DNA from: Candidatus Dadabacteria bacterium
GTDB lineage: Bacteria; Desulfobacterota_D; UBA1144; Nemesobacterales; CSP1-2
Length of the DNA: 34,171 nt
Direction: 5' to 3'
Assembly: GCA_040289575.1 (NCBI GenBank)
Contig: PSLL01000011.1
Coordinates: forward strand, 23,322-57,492
Part shown: positions 1 through 8,796 of the stretch, piece by piece
Numbering within the stretch: position 1 is the stretch's first letter
Layout: each line of letters opens with the position of its first letter
Position numbers and translations under genes: made by a program
Notes under the pieces: model-generated
What the model was told of the DNA's origin: nothing
Databases searched by the model: none
What the model saw: the letters and a program-made list of their open reading frames with translations, nothing else

Positions 1-1
1 A

Positions 2-1105
2 AACCCAGCCGATGCCGAGCTTAATTTTCATTTAGCGGAGATTTATCATATGCTTGCATTTGCGGATGAATCTAAGGCTGAAAACCTCTATGTTAAGTCC
101 GTTGAGCTGAACCCTCTCTTTCCTTCTTCGTGGCTGGGGCTTACCGATGTATTTGTTGAAAATGGTGAGAAACAAAAGGCCCTATCTACCCTCGGACGCC
201 TATCTGAACTGACTCCTCTATCTAGTTCATATCTCTGGGAAGGGGCTATTCTTGCCCTGAGGTTGGGCGATAGACAGATGGCTATAGAAGACCTGAGGCT
301 TGTTGCAAAAACTGACCCACATAAAAGATGGGATGCGTTTGATCTTGCTAGGGAGGCAATCGGTGACCCACAGCTTATATTGGACAAGGTAGTCCCTGAT
401 GAGGCTCTTCCGGATTATCTCTGGTACTTAATCTCAAAGGATAAACTGGATGATACATTTCCCGTTTGGAAGAGGATGAAAGAAGTGGGGGTAACATCGA
501 ATTGGGCTGTTCTTAGATACATAGAGTTTCTCTCGGCAAAGGACAGGGTTTCCGATGCATCTTCAATCTGGGATGGGGTGTTTGGAAAAAGAGGGGATTC
601 CCTTGTCTGGAATGGCGGTTTTGAAAGGGATTTGTTAGGTGGGGGATTTGATTGGATAATTTGGAGTTTTGTACCGGGGGTAAAGATTGACTTCGACGAG
701 GAAAAGAGGTTTGAAGGAGAAAGGTCTTTAAGGGTGAGATTTGATGGGAAACACAACGTTGATTTCTATCATGTCTGGGAGATAGTGCCTGTAGAGCCGA
801 ATGCCAATTATACACTTACTTCATATATGTCTACACAGGATATTACAACATCAAATGGTATAACATGGGAGATCTACTGCTATCCCAAGATTAACATGGT
901 AAAGACAATGGAGCCGCTTACAGGGACAAATGACTGGAGAAGGGTTGAGGTCTCTTTTCATACACCTTCTGATTGCAAATCTATTGTAGTTAGACTCAGA
1001 CGATATGCAAGCACGAAGTTTGACAGATACATATCCGGCACTGCGTGGGTTGATGATGTAAAGCTATTTAAGGTTGAGTCCAAGGCAGATGCTCAAAGTG
1101 GATAG
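2..1105 (+). CDS. TPR-repeat protein with C-terminal carbohydrate-binding (CBM_4_9/galactose-binding-like) domain; 5'-truncated by the window edge
   Basis: The frame is open from base 2 (NPADAELNFHLAEIYHM...), so the gene starts upstream of the window. TPR-like helices (A..LY.K..ELNP....W..L) are followed by a CBM-like segment: LVWNGGFE...GFDW...FEGERSLRV...VEPNANYTL...GTNDWRRVEVSF...AWVDDVKL. Confidence 0.75.
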   Translation, partial: NPADAELNFHLAEIYHMLAFADESKAENLYVKSVELNPLFPSSWLGLTDVFVENGEKQKALSTLGRLSELTPLSSSYLWEGAILALRLGDRQMAIEDLRLVAKTDPHKRWDAFDLAREAIGDPQLILDKVVPDEALPDYLWYLISKDKLDDTFPVWKRMKEVGVTSNWAVLRYIEFLSAKDRVSDASSIWDGVFGKRGDSLVWNGGFERDLLGGGFDWIIWSFVPGVKIDFDEEKRFEGERSLRVRFDGKHNVDFYHVWEIVPVEPNANYTLTSYMSTQDITTSNGITWEIYCYPKINMVKTMEPLTGTNDWRRVEVSFHTPSDCKSIVVRLRRYASTKFDRYISGTAWVDDVKLFKVESKADAQSG

Positions 1106-2531
1106 AAAGGCATTTGAAAGGGTAATCATCCGGAGCGTAGGGGTTACCGATGTGCGGGAACTCGCGGGGGAGTTTTCGAAAGATAGGATTTTCTTTTGCT
1201 CTTTGCTTAAAGACATATCAAATGGCAAGGACTCTCCTAATTATCACGTGTTAAGGGAGATCGCTAGGGATATAATGTTAAGTGAACAGTTTATAGTTGA
1301 GCAGGCAAAGTTCGTTCTTTCTGCTTTTGCTCCAGACGAGCCGAGTGAGGATTACTATAAAATCCTCAATGTTTCCCATACGGCTTCTGCCGATGAGATT
1401 AGAAAAAGCTGGATCAACCTTGTAAAGACCTACCACCCCGATAAGGTGGGAGACCGTGGGCTTGATATTACCAAAAGGTTAAATGAGGCTTATGAGGTCT
1501 TGGGAAATCCAGTAAAAAGAAGTGAATATGAGGCAAAGCGTCTTCCCACAATGCCGGTTGTAGTAATTGGCCATTCTATATCAACTGGTTCAAAGAGGTT
1601 GATGTATTCGGCTTCGCTATCTGTTGTTATTCTGGCCGTGATCTTTTACGTTGCTAAGTCGGGGCTGTTCTTCCGAGCGGCTGATGAAAAGGGAGAGTTT
1701 GCAAAAAAGGACATAGAGCCGTTGCCAACCGAGGTTATCTCCGATTTAGATATGAAAAAACTCCCTCCTCCTAGATCTCAGAAGGAGAAAGTCTCTGTAT
1801 CTCTTCTTCCCTCGCCCAAAGGAAAAGAGAAAACTATTACCTCTAAGGAGGCAATTGGAGAAATTCCCGAAGAGAAGGAGAAGATCATTGTTGAGTCAAG
1901 AGAGGAATCACGGCTGTCTATCTTAAAAAAGACGCCCTCCATTGAGACTAAGAGAGAAGAGAAAAAAGAAGAAGCTATCTCTTTGCCGAAAGCAGGCAAG
2001 GTTAAAAAGACAGCTGCTGCCAAACAGGAGGCAAAGTTAGACAAAATTTCTAAGGGAAAGAAAGATGTTTCTGAGCAGAAACCGAGGTATGTACAGATTA
2101 CAGGAAAAGAACTAGAAGAGGAGAAATCTAATGTTAGTAGCCCTTCTAGCCAAGAGATAAAACCATCTTATGATAAGGACTCTCTGTATTCATTCGTTTC
2201 TGATTATGCCTCGGCATACAAGAGCAGGGATATGAACCTTTTTATGTCATTCTTTGAACCCGACGCTAGGGAAAATGGGATTGAGGTCTCGCGGGCCATT
2301 TCTTCATATAAAAAGAATTTTTCTTCTTTAGAGATTATAGAATACGACATAAGGATAAAGAGCATTGACTTTAGGGACAATGAGGCCTTTGTAAATGGGA
2401 GTTTTGTCATTCTATTTAGAAATAAAAATGATAAAAAAATCAGAAACTCTGACGGCGTAATAAACTGGGCTCTCCTGTGGCAGGAGGGCAGATGGAGGAT
2501 TAAAGAACTAAATTACGTAATTAAAGATTAG
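1089..2531 (+). CDS. Membrane-anchored DnaJ (J-domain) protein with Lys/Glu-rich linker and C-terminal NTF2/SnoaL-like domain
   Basis: Canonical J-domain DYYKILNVS...EIRKSW..LVKTYHPDK...LNEAYEVLGNP.KR..Y. One hydrophobic helix (LSVVILAVIFYVA), then a long charged linker, then FVSDYASAYKSRDMNLFMSFF...WQEGRWRIKEL, typical of NTF2-like folds. The ATG at 1089 overlaps the upstream gene end; the track start at 1074 is non-ATG. Confidence 0.8.
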   Translation: MLKVDRKAFERVIIRSVGVTDVRELAGEFSKDRIFFCSLLKDISNGKDSPNYHVLREIARDIMLSEQFIVEQAKFVLSAFAPDEPSEDYYKILNVSHTASADEIRKSWINLVKTYHPDKVGDRGLDITKRLNEAYEVLGNPVKRSEYEAKRLPTMPVVVIGHSISTGSKRLMYSASLSVVILAVIFYVAKSGLFFRAADEKGEFAKKDIEPLPTEVISDLDMKKLPPPRSQKEKVSVSLLPSPKGKEKTITSKEAIGEIPEEKEKIIVESREESRLSILKKTPSIETKREEKKEEAISLPKAGKVKKTAAAKQEAKLDKISKGKKDVSEQKPRYVQITGKELEEEKSNVSSPSSQEIKPSYDKDSLYSFVSDYASAYKSRDMNLFMSFFEPDARENGIEVSRAISSYKKNFSSLEIIEYDIRIKSIDFRDNEAFVNGSFVILFRNKNDKKIRNSDGVINWALLWQEGRWRIKELNYVIKD

Positions 2532-2541
2532 TTATAGTCAG

Positions 2542-3033
2542 ATGAATAGAGAGTGGTACGCAGTCTATACGACGGTTAGGCACGAAAAAAAGGTAAATGA
2601 TGCCCTATCCGAGAAGAATGTAGAGACGTTTTTACCACTTAGAGAGGTGCTCAGTCAGTGGAGGGACAGGAGGAAAAGGATTAAGGTTCCCCTATTTCCG
2701 GGATACCTGTTCATCAATATTGCCCTTGAGGACAGATTGAGGGTTCTCAGTACCAAGGGTGCCCTAAGGATTGTCGGATCGGGTGGAGTTCCCGTTCCAG
2801 TTTCACTTGATCAGATTGAGGCCATAAAGAGGGTTGTGGAGGGCAAAGTAGAATACGACTGTTATCCGTATCTTACTCAGGGCAGAGAGGTTGTGGTGAT
2901 AAATGGTCCCCTTGAAGGGGTAAGGGGTAGAATACTTGAGAGAAGGGGTAATTACAGGCTTATCATCTCAGTTGACACTATTAAGCGCTCTGTTTCAGTA
3001 GAGGTGGACCCTAGGGATATAGAACTGGTTTAG
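2542..3033 (+). CDS. UpxY/RfaH/LoaP-type NusG paralog (operon-specific transcription antiterminator)
   Basis: NGN domain WYAVYT..RHEKKV...FLPL....SQWRDRRK.IKVPLFPGYLF plus KOW motif GREVVVINGPLEGVRG. 163 aa, located at the head of a long polysaccharide operon. Confidence 0.92.
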   Translation: MNREWYAVYTTVRHEKKVNDALSEKNVETFLPLREVLSQWRDRRKRIKVPLFPGYLFINIALEDRLRVLSTKGALRIVGSGGVPVPVSLDQIEAIKRVVEGKVEYDCYPYLTQGREVVVINGPLEGVRGRILERRGNYRLIISVDTIKRSVSVEVDPRDIELV

Positions 3034-3042
3034 GGTGGGATT

Positions 3043-3092
3043 ATTCTATGGCCAGTAAATAGAATTGCCACTTCATGTAAGTGAGGTGGCGA
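3043..3092 (+). promoter_or_regulatory. Tandem RNA hairpins between the antiterminator gene and gmd
   Basis: ATTCTAT-N9-ATAGAAT (3043-3065) adjoins TTGCCACTTCAT-GTAA-GTGAGGTGGCGA (3065-3092), a 12-bp stem with three G-U pairs and a GNRA loop. No U-tract follows. Confidence 0.5.
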
Positions 3093-3181
3093 AGCTGTGT
3101 GTAGGCTATCAATACAATTGGTGGTTCTTTTGATACTTGGATTTCTCTATCAAGATTGAGACAGGTTATTTCTGATTCTCA

Positions 3182-4183
3182 ATGGGCAAAGAGAAAAAGG
3201 TTGCTATAATAACGGGTATAACGGGCCAGGATGGTGCTTATTTATCCAAATTCCTGATTGAAAAGGGATACAAAGTTTTCGGATTTATGAGAGATACCTC
3301 TTTTCCATATCTGTGTAACCTTGAGTACCTTGGAATATCGGGAAAAGTGGAGCTGGTAAGAGCAAACCTTTTAGATTTATCCAACTTAATAAGGCTCCTA
3401 GATAATATACAGCCGGATGAGATATACAACTTGGCTGCACAGAGTTCTGTGGGTTTATCCTTTGAACAACCTTTATGGACATTGGAGTTTAATTCCTTAA
3501 GTACGGCAAACCTGCTTGAAGCAGTCCGCGTAGCTAAATCTGATGCGAAATTTTACCAGGCCTCATCTTCTGAGATGTACGGTAATGTCAACAGAGATAA
3601 CTTGCCTGTAACTGAGAAAACGCCCATGCACCCCATAAGTCCCTATGCAATCTCAAAGGCCGCAGCGCACTGGATTACAATAAACTACAGGGAGGCATAC
3701 GGGTTATTTGCAGTTTGCGGAATCCTTTTTAACCATGAGTCTGCTCTTAGAGGTAAAAATTTTGTTACAAGAAAAGTTCTTGATACTGCTGTCAAAATAA
3801 GCAGGGGTCTAGCTGATAATTTGGTATTGGGAAATCTGAATGTATTTAGGGATTGGGGTTATGCTCCAGAGTATATAAAGGCTATTTGGTTGATGCTACA
3901 ACAGGAGGAACCGGATGATTTTATTATATGTTCGGGTGAGGCTCATAGTTTAGAAGAGTTTGTGAAAAGGGTATTTAGAAAACTGGATCTAGATTTTGAG
4001 AGGCTTGTAGAAATAGACGAGCGCCATTATCGTCCTATGGATTTAGAGATCGTATATGGGGATAATTCAAAGGCAAAGAGATTGTTAGGATGGCAATACA
4101 ATATGAGTTTTGAAAAATTAATAGACGTCCTTGTAGAAGATGAGATTCGCTATATGGAATGGAAATTAAATAGTAGGGAGTAA
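3182..4183 (+). CDS. gmd: GDP-mannose 4,6-dehydratase (copy 1)
   Basis: [62 protein letters not shown]. Confidence 0.93.
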   Translation: MGKEKKVAIITGITGQDGAYLSKFLIEKGYKVFGFMRDTSFPYLCNLEYLGISGKVELVRANLLDLSNLIRLLDNIQPDEIYNLAAQSSVGLSFEQPLWTLEFNSLSTANLLEAVRVAKSDAKFYQASSSEMYGNVNRDNLPVTEKTPMHPISPYAISKAAAHWITINYREAYGLFAVCGILFNHESALRGKNFVTRKVLDTAVKISRGLADNLVLGNLNVFRDWGYAPEYIKAIWLMLQQEEPDDFIICSGEAHSLEEFVKRVFRKLDLDFERLVEIDERHYRPMDLEIVYGDNSKAKRLLGWQYNMSFEKLIDVLVEDEIRYMEWKLNSRE

Positions 4184-4294
4184 TCAGAAACCATAAAAAA
4201 TTAATCGGACGGTTCTTATCTATCTACGTTTGTTTCCATTTAAGACCTCTTACAGACTTAGGTCAAAAGAACAAGACATAATTGAGGGGGATGT

Positions 4295-5200
4295 ATGAGA
4301 TGGAGACTTACCATCCCTAATATAGATGCAACTGGTATTTCTACGAGTGCAACTGCTCTTACTGGGGGTGGTAATTCAGTTGGTATTACCCTATGTAGTT
4401 TTTGGTTAAATGGACCTATCAACACTACATCTACAGGAATCAATCTGGGAGCTTTTGGTAGTGGCGCTCTGATTAGAGATTTGATTGTGTTCTATTTTGG
4501 TATAGGTATAAGGTTGGACTTTACTCAAATGGTTAGACTAGAGGGCAATAATCTACAGCAGTCACAGAGATATGATCTCTATATAAACGGTGGCAGTGGG
4601 ATTACTACTATAGGAAATTTATTTGCCAATGCAGCGAGCACTGGTACTAACCCTGGCGGTGCTAACGTTGCTATTTCTGGAGGTGCGTTTGGTATAGCCA
4701 TCTATGACTCTGTAATTGATGAGGCCTTTTCTTCTGGTAGCTCATCTATCTATATAGGAAATGCTAGTGATATACGTATATCTAATTCTTTAATATACTT
4801 TGTATCTGGAGGATATGGGATTAGCATTGGTGATGGAACGAACAATCCAACTAGAGTAAGCTTGACTAACATTCGTATAGGTCCATTTGCAGGTAACAGA
4901 GTTCCAATAAATACTATCAGGATATATGGCTCTGGGCATGTACTAAAAAACGTAACAACAAATCCTAATGGTGGAGGAGATATACGGGATAATACAAACG
5001 ATTCAGTCTATATAAATGTCAACTACAAAACACTCCTTAGCGGAGGGCTTCAACAACTGCCGGTTAATCCAAAACCCGCATGCAATTCCGATACAGTCGG
5101 TACAACATGGTTTACTCCAGGGGCAACTGGGGTAAAAGATACTTATGAGATATGTGCTAAGGATGCTACTAATAACTATGCGTGGAGAACATTGTATTAG
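4295..5200 (+). CDS. Right-handed parallel beta-helix (pectin-lyase fold) protein, probably N-terminally eroded
   Basis: Gly/Asn/Ile/Ser-rich repeats (GIGIRLD, YDLYING, ITTIGNLF, IRISNSLI, YGISI). C-terminal motif KPACN...GTTWFTPG.TGVKDTYEICAKD..NNYAWRTLY. No obvious signal peptide or N-terminal cap motif. Confidence 0.6.
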   Translation: MRWRLTIPNIDATGISTSATALTGGGNSVGITLCSFWLNGPINTTSTGINLGAFGSGALIRDLIVFYFGIGIRLDFTQMVRLEGNNLQQSQRYDLYINGGSGITTIGNLFANAASTGTNPGGANVAISGGAFGIAIYDSVIDEAFSSGSSSIYIGNASDIRISNSLIYFVSGGYGISIGDGTNNPTRVSLTNIRIGPFAGNRVPINTIRIYGSGHVLKNVTTNPNGGGDIRDNTNDSVYINVNYKTLLSGGLQQLPVNPKPACNSDTVGTTWFTPGATGVKDTYEICAKDATNNYAWRTLY

Positions 5201-5263
5201 TTGGTATGATAATAAATGTCATCTCCATTTGCCTGAAGACTCAGCAGGATTCTATCGCCTCTC

Positions 5264-6092
5264 ATGTCTGAGCATATTCTAATAATAATTAAACCCACTA
5301 GAGGTTGAGCGGTTCTAAGTCTAAGAGACCTATGGCAATATAAAGAGTTGCTCTATTTTCTCACTTGGCGCGATATTAAGGTGCGCTATAAACAAACCTT
5401 GATTGGAGTGGCTTGGGCAATCCTGCAGCCACTTTTGACTATGGTTGTGTTTACTGTGTTCTTTGGTAAAATTGCAAAGCTCCCATCTGAAGGAATCCCC
5501 TATCCGAATCTTCTCGTATTCCGGGTTATTACTCTGGACATATTTTTCTTCTGCTGTATCGAATTCTGGAAACAGCCTTATTGGCAACGCTAATCTCATC
5601 ACTAAGGTCTACTTTCCGCGCCCGATAATCCCCCTTTCCTCTATACTTGCCGGTATTGTTGACTACTTCATTGCTCTATGTATACTCGTGTTGATGATGT
5701 TTTTTTATGGTATTTTTCCAAACTCTTCAATTGTTCTTTTGCCAATCGTTATCCTCCTTGCTTCCATCTCAGCGACGGGTCTTGGACTTTGGTTTTCTGC
5801 TTTAAATGTGAAATACCGAGACGTGCGCTATGCAATCCCATTTTTCATTCAACTCCTGCTTTTTGCAACACCAGTGATATATCCAACGGCGGTTCTGCCT
5901 GAAAGGTTTCGTTGGTTGCTGTCACTGAATCCAATTTCCGAGATAATTGACGCCCATAGAGTCTGTACCTTAGGTTACAAACCAGTTGATTGGTATTCAC
6001 TTGGCATATCTACAGTTGTAGGCTTAATTGTATTTATCACCGGGCTCTTTTATTTCCGCAGAACCGAACGCTTCTTTGCAGACGTGATTTAG
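5264..6092 (+). pseudogene. wzm: ABC-2 polysaccharide export permease (Wzm/RfbA/TagG family), disrupted
   Basis: From ATG 5264 the frame reads [44 protein letters not shown], with an in-frame TGA at 5306-5308 where the family typically has Trp. An extra A at 5507/5508 (ccg-a-atc) splits [11 protein letters not shown]. The repaired ORF is 275 aa, ending FRRTERFFADVI. Confidence 0.9.
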
Positions 6093-6109
6093 TTATCCAT
6101 GGTGACTTC

Positions 6110-7174
6110 ATGAAGGCTCTAGTCCTAGCAGGTGGCAAAGGAACGCGTCTGAGACCTCTGACCTATACGATGGCTAAGCAGCTTGTCCCTGTAGCCAATA
6201 AACCTGTGCTCTTTTACGTTATGCAGCATCTTCAAGAAGCTGGTATTGAAGAGGTGGGCGTTATTATCTCACCTGAAACCGGGGGACAGATTCAAGAGGC
6301 TTTGTCTAAAAACCCCTGGGGTTTTAATCTCACATACATCCTGCAAGATCAGCCTCTAGGGTTGGCTCATGCTGTAAGGATTGCCCAAAGCTATATTAAA
6401 GAAGAGGACTTCATTATGTGCCTGGGTGATAACCTTATCGGCTCAGGCATCAGGGAATTTATAGAAACATTTAACGCTTCTAGGGCAGACGCCCTTATCC
6501 TATTAAAGGAGGTAGACGACCCGCGTATGTTTGGCGTGGCTGAGGTTGATTCACGGGGTCACATCATACGCCTGGTTGAGAAGCCCAAGGAGCCGCCTTC
6601 CAAACTGGCTCTAGTAGGGGCTTATGTCTTTTCACCGGCTATATACGATACTCTATCTGAGATTAAACCCTCCTGGCGTGGGGAGTTGGAGATCACAGAC
6701 GCTATACAGAAATTACTTGAGAATGGATATGTTGTGCGGAGTTCCATTTTGGAAGGGTGGTGGCTTGATACAGGGAAAAAGGATGACCTCTTGGAAGCCA
6801 ATCGCATAGTGCTGGATGAGTGGACGAGGCGGGATGTGCAAGGCACGGTTGGCTCTAAAAGCCGTGTAGTTGGTCGGGTGGTACTAGAGGAGGAGGCGCA
6901 GGTGGAGAGAAGCAAGGTGCGCGGCCCCGTAGTTATTGGAGCGGGGACGGTGATTGAAGAGTCATTTATCGGTCCTTATACTAGCATAGGTCGAGGTTGT
7001 ATAATCACCAATTCTACGTTGGAGCATTGTGTGGCACTAGATGGGGTGAGGATAGAAGGTGTTGAAAGGATGGAAGATAGCGTTCTTGGACGCAATGCGG
7101 TGGTGCGTCGTCTTTCTGGAAACCACAAGGCTCTTCGGCTACTTATTGGTGAGGATACGGAGGTTTTGCTGTAG
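6110..7174 (+). CDS. rmlA: Glucose-1-phosphate thymidylyltransferase, long form
   Basis: MKALVLAGGKGTRLRPLT...KQLVPVANKP, LGLAHAV, LVEKP, RGELEITDA, WWLDTGK, and a C-terminal left-handed beta-helix. True start is ATG 6110. Confidence 0.95.
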   Translation: MKALVLAGGKGTRLRPLTYTMAKQLVPVANKPVLFYVMQHLQEAGIEEVGVIISPETGGQIQEALSKNPWGFNLTYILQDQPLGLAHAVRIAQSYIKEEDFIMCLGDNLIGSGIREFIETFNASRADALILLKEVDDPRMFGVAEVDSRGHIIRLVEKPKEPPSKLALVGAYVFSPAIYDTLSEIKPSWRGELEITDAIQKLLENGYVVRSSILEGWWLDTGKKDDLLEANRIVLDEWTRRDVQGTVGSKSRVVGRVVLEEEAQVERSKVRGPVVIGAGTVIEESFIGPYTSIGRGCIITNSTLEHCVALDGVRIEGVERMEDSVLGRNAVVRRLSGNHKALRLLIGEDTEVLL

Positions 7175-7747
7175 ATGCCGTTTCAATTTAGAAAAACCGA
7201 GATTCCTGACGTCGTTCTTATTGAATCACGGGCTTTTGAAGACCAGCGGGGATTCTTTATGGAGGCATACAAGAGCTCTGAGTTTTTGACTAATGGCATT
7301 CCCGATGTCTTCGTTCAGGATAACTACTCATATTCATTGCGGGGTGTTCTCCGCGGACTGCATTACCAGAAGAATCCTAAGGCTCAGGCAAAGTTGGTGA
7401 TAGTATTAAAGGGTGAAATCTTCGATGTGGCGGTAGATATTCGTAAAGGTTCGCCTACCTATACCAAGTGGATAGGAGTTGTGCTATCTGACAAAAAAAA
7501 TCGGATGCTTTACATACCGGTTGGGTTTGCACATGGTTTCTGCGTGCTGAGCGACGGGGCTAATGTCTTATACAAAGTGACAGAGGAGTACGCTCCGCAA
7601 CTCGATCGAGGAATTATATGGAACGACCCAAAAATCGGCATATATTGGCCTATCGAGGAGCCCATTATCTCCCCGAAGGATGCCCGGCTTCCCAATCTTG
7701 ATATGGCTGATCACGATTTTATATACGGAGGGGAAGTCTCTCTATGA
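7175..7747 (+). CDS. rmlC: dTDP-4-dehydrorhamnose 3,5-epimerase
   Basis: D.RGFFME, FVQDN.S.S..GVLRGLHYQ, DVAVDIRKGSPT, GFAHGF, WNDP.IGI.WP. Confidence 0.96.
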   Translation: MPFQFRKTEIPDVVLIESRAFEDQRGFFMEAYKSSEFLTNGIPDVFVQDNYSYSLRGVLRGLHYQKNPKAQAKLVIVLKGEIFDVAVDIRKGSPTYTKWIGVVLSDKKNRMLYIPVGFAHGFCVLSDGANVLYKVTEEYAPQLDRGIIWNDPKIGIYWPIEEPIISPKDARLPNLDMADHDFIYGGEVSL

Positions 7748-8796
7748 GAACTATTTTCGTTACAGGAGGATGTGGATTTATCGGAAGCCATTTTGTGCGT
7801 CTCCTCTTACGGCGTAAGGATTGGCGGGTGGTAAATATTGATAAGCTCACATACGCTGGAAATATAGAGAACCTAAGGGATGTTGAAGTGAATTCAAACT
7901 ATCGTTTTGTAAAGGGTGATATTGCAGACTCTGTGCTGATCAATGATCTACTCCAAGAAGAGAAACCCTGGGCAGTGGTAAACTTCGCCGCAGAGTCGCA
8001 TGTAGACAGGAGTGTTCTCGACTCCTCCCCATTTCTTCAAACCAATGTTATCGGGGTTCAGGTTCTTTTGGAGTCATCACGTCGTTATAAGATAGAGCGC
8101 TTTTTGCAAATCTCAACGGATGAAGTCTACGGTGATGCTGATAGAAAGGAGCCTTTCCATGAGGAAAGCCCGCTTTCTCCAAGCAGCCCTTATGCGGCAA
8201 GCAAGGCAGCGGCTGACCTTCTGTGCCTTGCCTATAGGCGTACTTATGGTATTCCTATTTTGATTGTTCGTAGTTCCAACAATTGCGGACCCTTCCAGTT
8301 TCCCGAAAAGCTCATTCCATTGATGATAAGAAACGCATTGATTGGAAAAGAGTTGCCCATGTACGGCGATGGCCTCCAGAGGAGGGATTGGCTTTATGTA
8401 GAAGACAATATTGAGGCGATTTTCTCTATCTTGGAGATGGGAGAAATTGGCTCCACATATAATGTAGCGACGGGGCAGGAGAGGACAAATAGCGAGGTTG
8501 TTCATTCGTTATGTCGGCTTTTGTCCGAAGAGACCGGATTGAACCTAAATGATCTCATTGGACGTATCAAATCTGTGCCTGACCGTCCCGGCCACGACCG
8601 CCGTTATGCATTGAATACGGAGAGGGTTCGCCGAGAGATAGGTTGGTCTCATAGATTCTCTTTTGAGGAAGGTTTGAAGAAAACCGTCCGATGGTATCTA
8701 GATAACCAAGACTGGGTGGAGCGGGCGACCTCCGGGGAATATCAGGATTATTATGAAGCCGTCTATAGATATGCATGGGGACGGTCTCCGAAATGA
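7744..8796 (+). CDS. rmlB: dTDP-glucose 4,6-dehydratase
   Basis: VTGGCGFIGS, DKLTYAGN, NFAAESHVDRS, ISTDEVYG, SPYAASKA, QFPEKLIP, DRPGHDRRY. ATGA overlap with rmlC. Confidence 0.96.
   Translation: MRTIFVTGGCGFIGSHFVRLLLRRKDWRVVNIDKLTYAGNIENLRDVEVNSNYRFVKGDIADSVLINDLLQEEKPWAVVNFAAESHVDRSVLDSSPFLQTNVIGVQVLLESSRRYKIERFLQISTDEVYGDADRKEPFHEESPLSPSSPYAASKAAADLLCLAYRRTYGIPILIVRSSNNCGPFQFPEKLIPLMIRNALIGKELPMYGDGLQRRDWLYVEDNIEAIFSILEMGEIGSTYNVATGQERTNSEVVHSLCRLLSEETGLNLNDLIGRIKSVPDRPGHDRRYALNTERVRREIGWSHRFSFEEGLKKTVRWYLDNQDWVERATSGEYQDYYEAVYRYAWGRSPK

Noticed and set aside
3065..3100. Hairpin as an intrinsic terminator
   Set aside because: No U-rich tract follows the stem; it is kept only as a possible regulatory structure.
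5990..6109. 40-aa N-terminal extension of RmlA in the track
   Set aside because: It overlaps the wzm 3' end; the family N-terminus MKALVLAGG begins at 6110.
7429..7436. GGCGGTAG, the ops core, inside rmlC
   Set aside because: It encodes the conserved V-A-V-D peptide, lacks the nnTG ending and is far from the operon leader.
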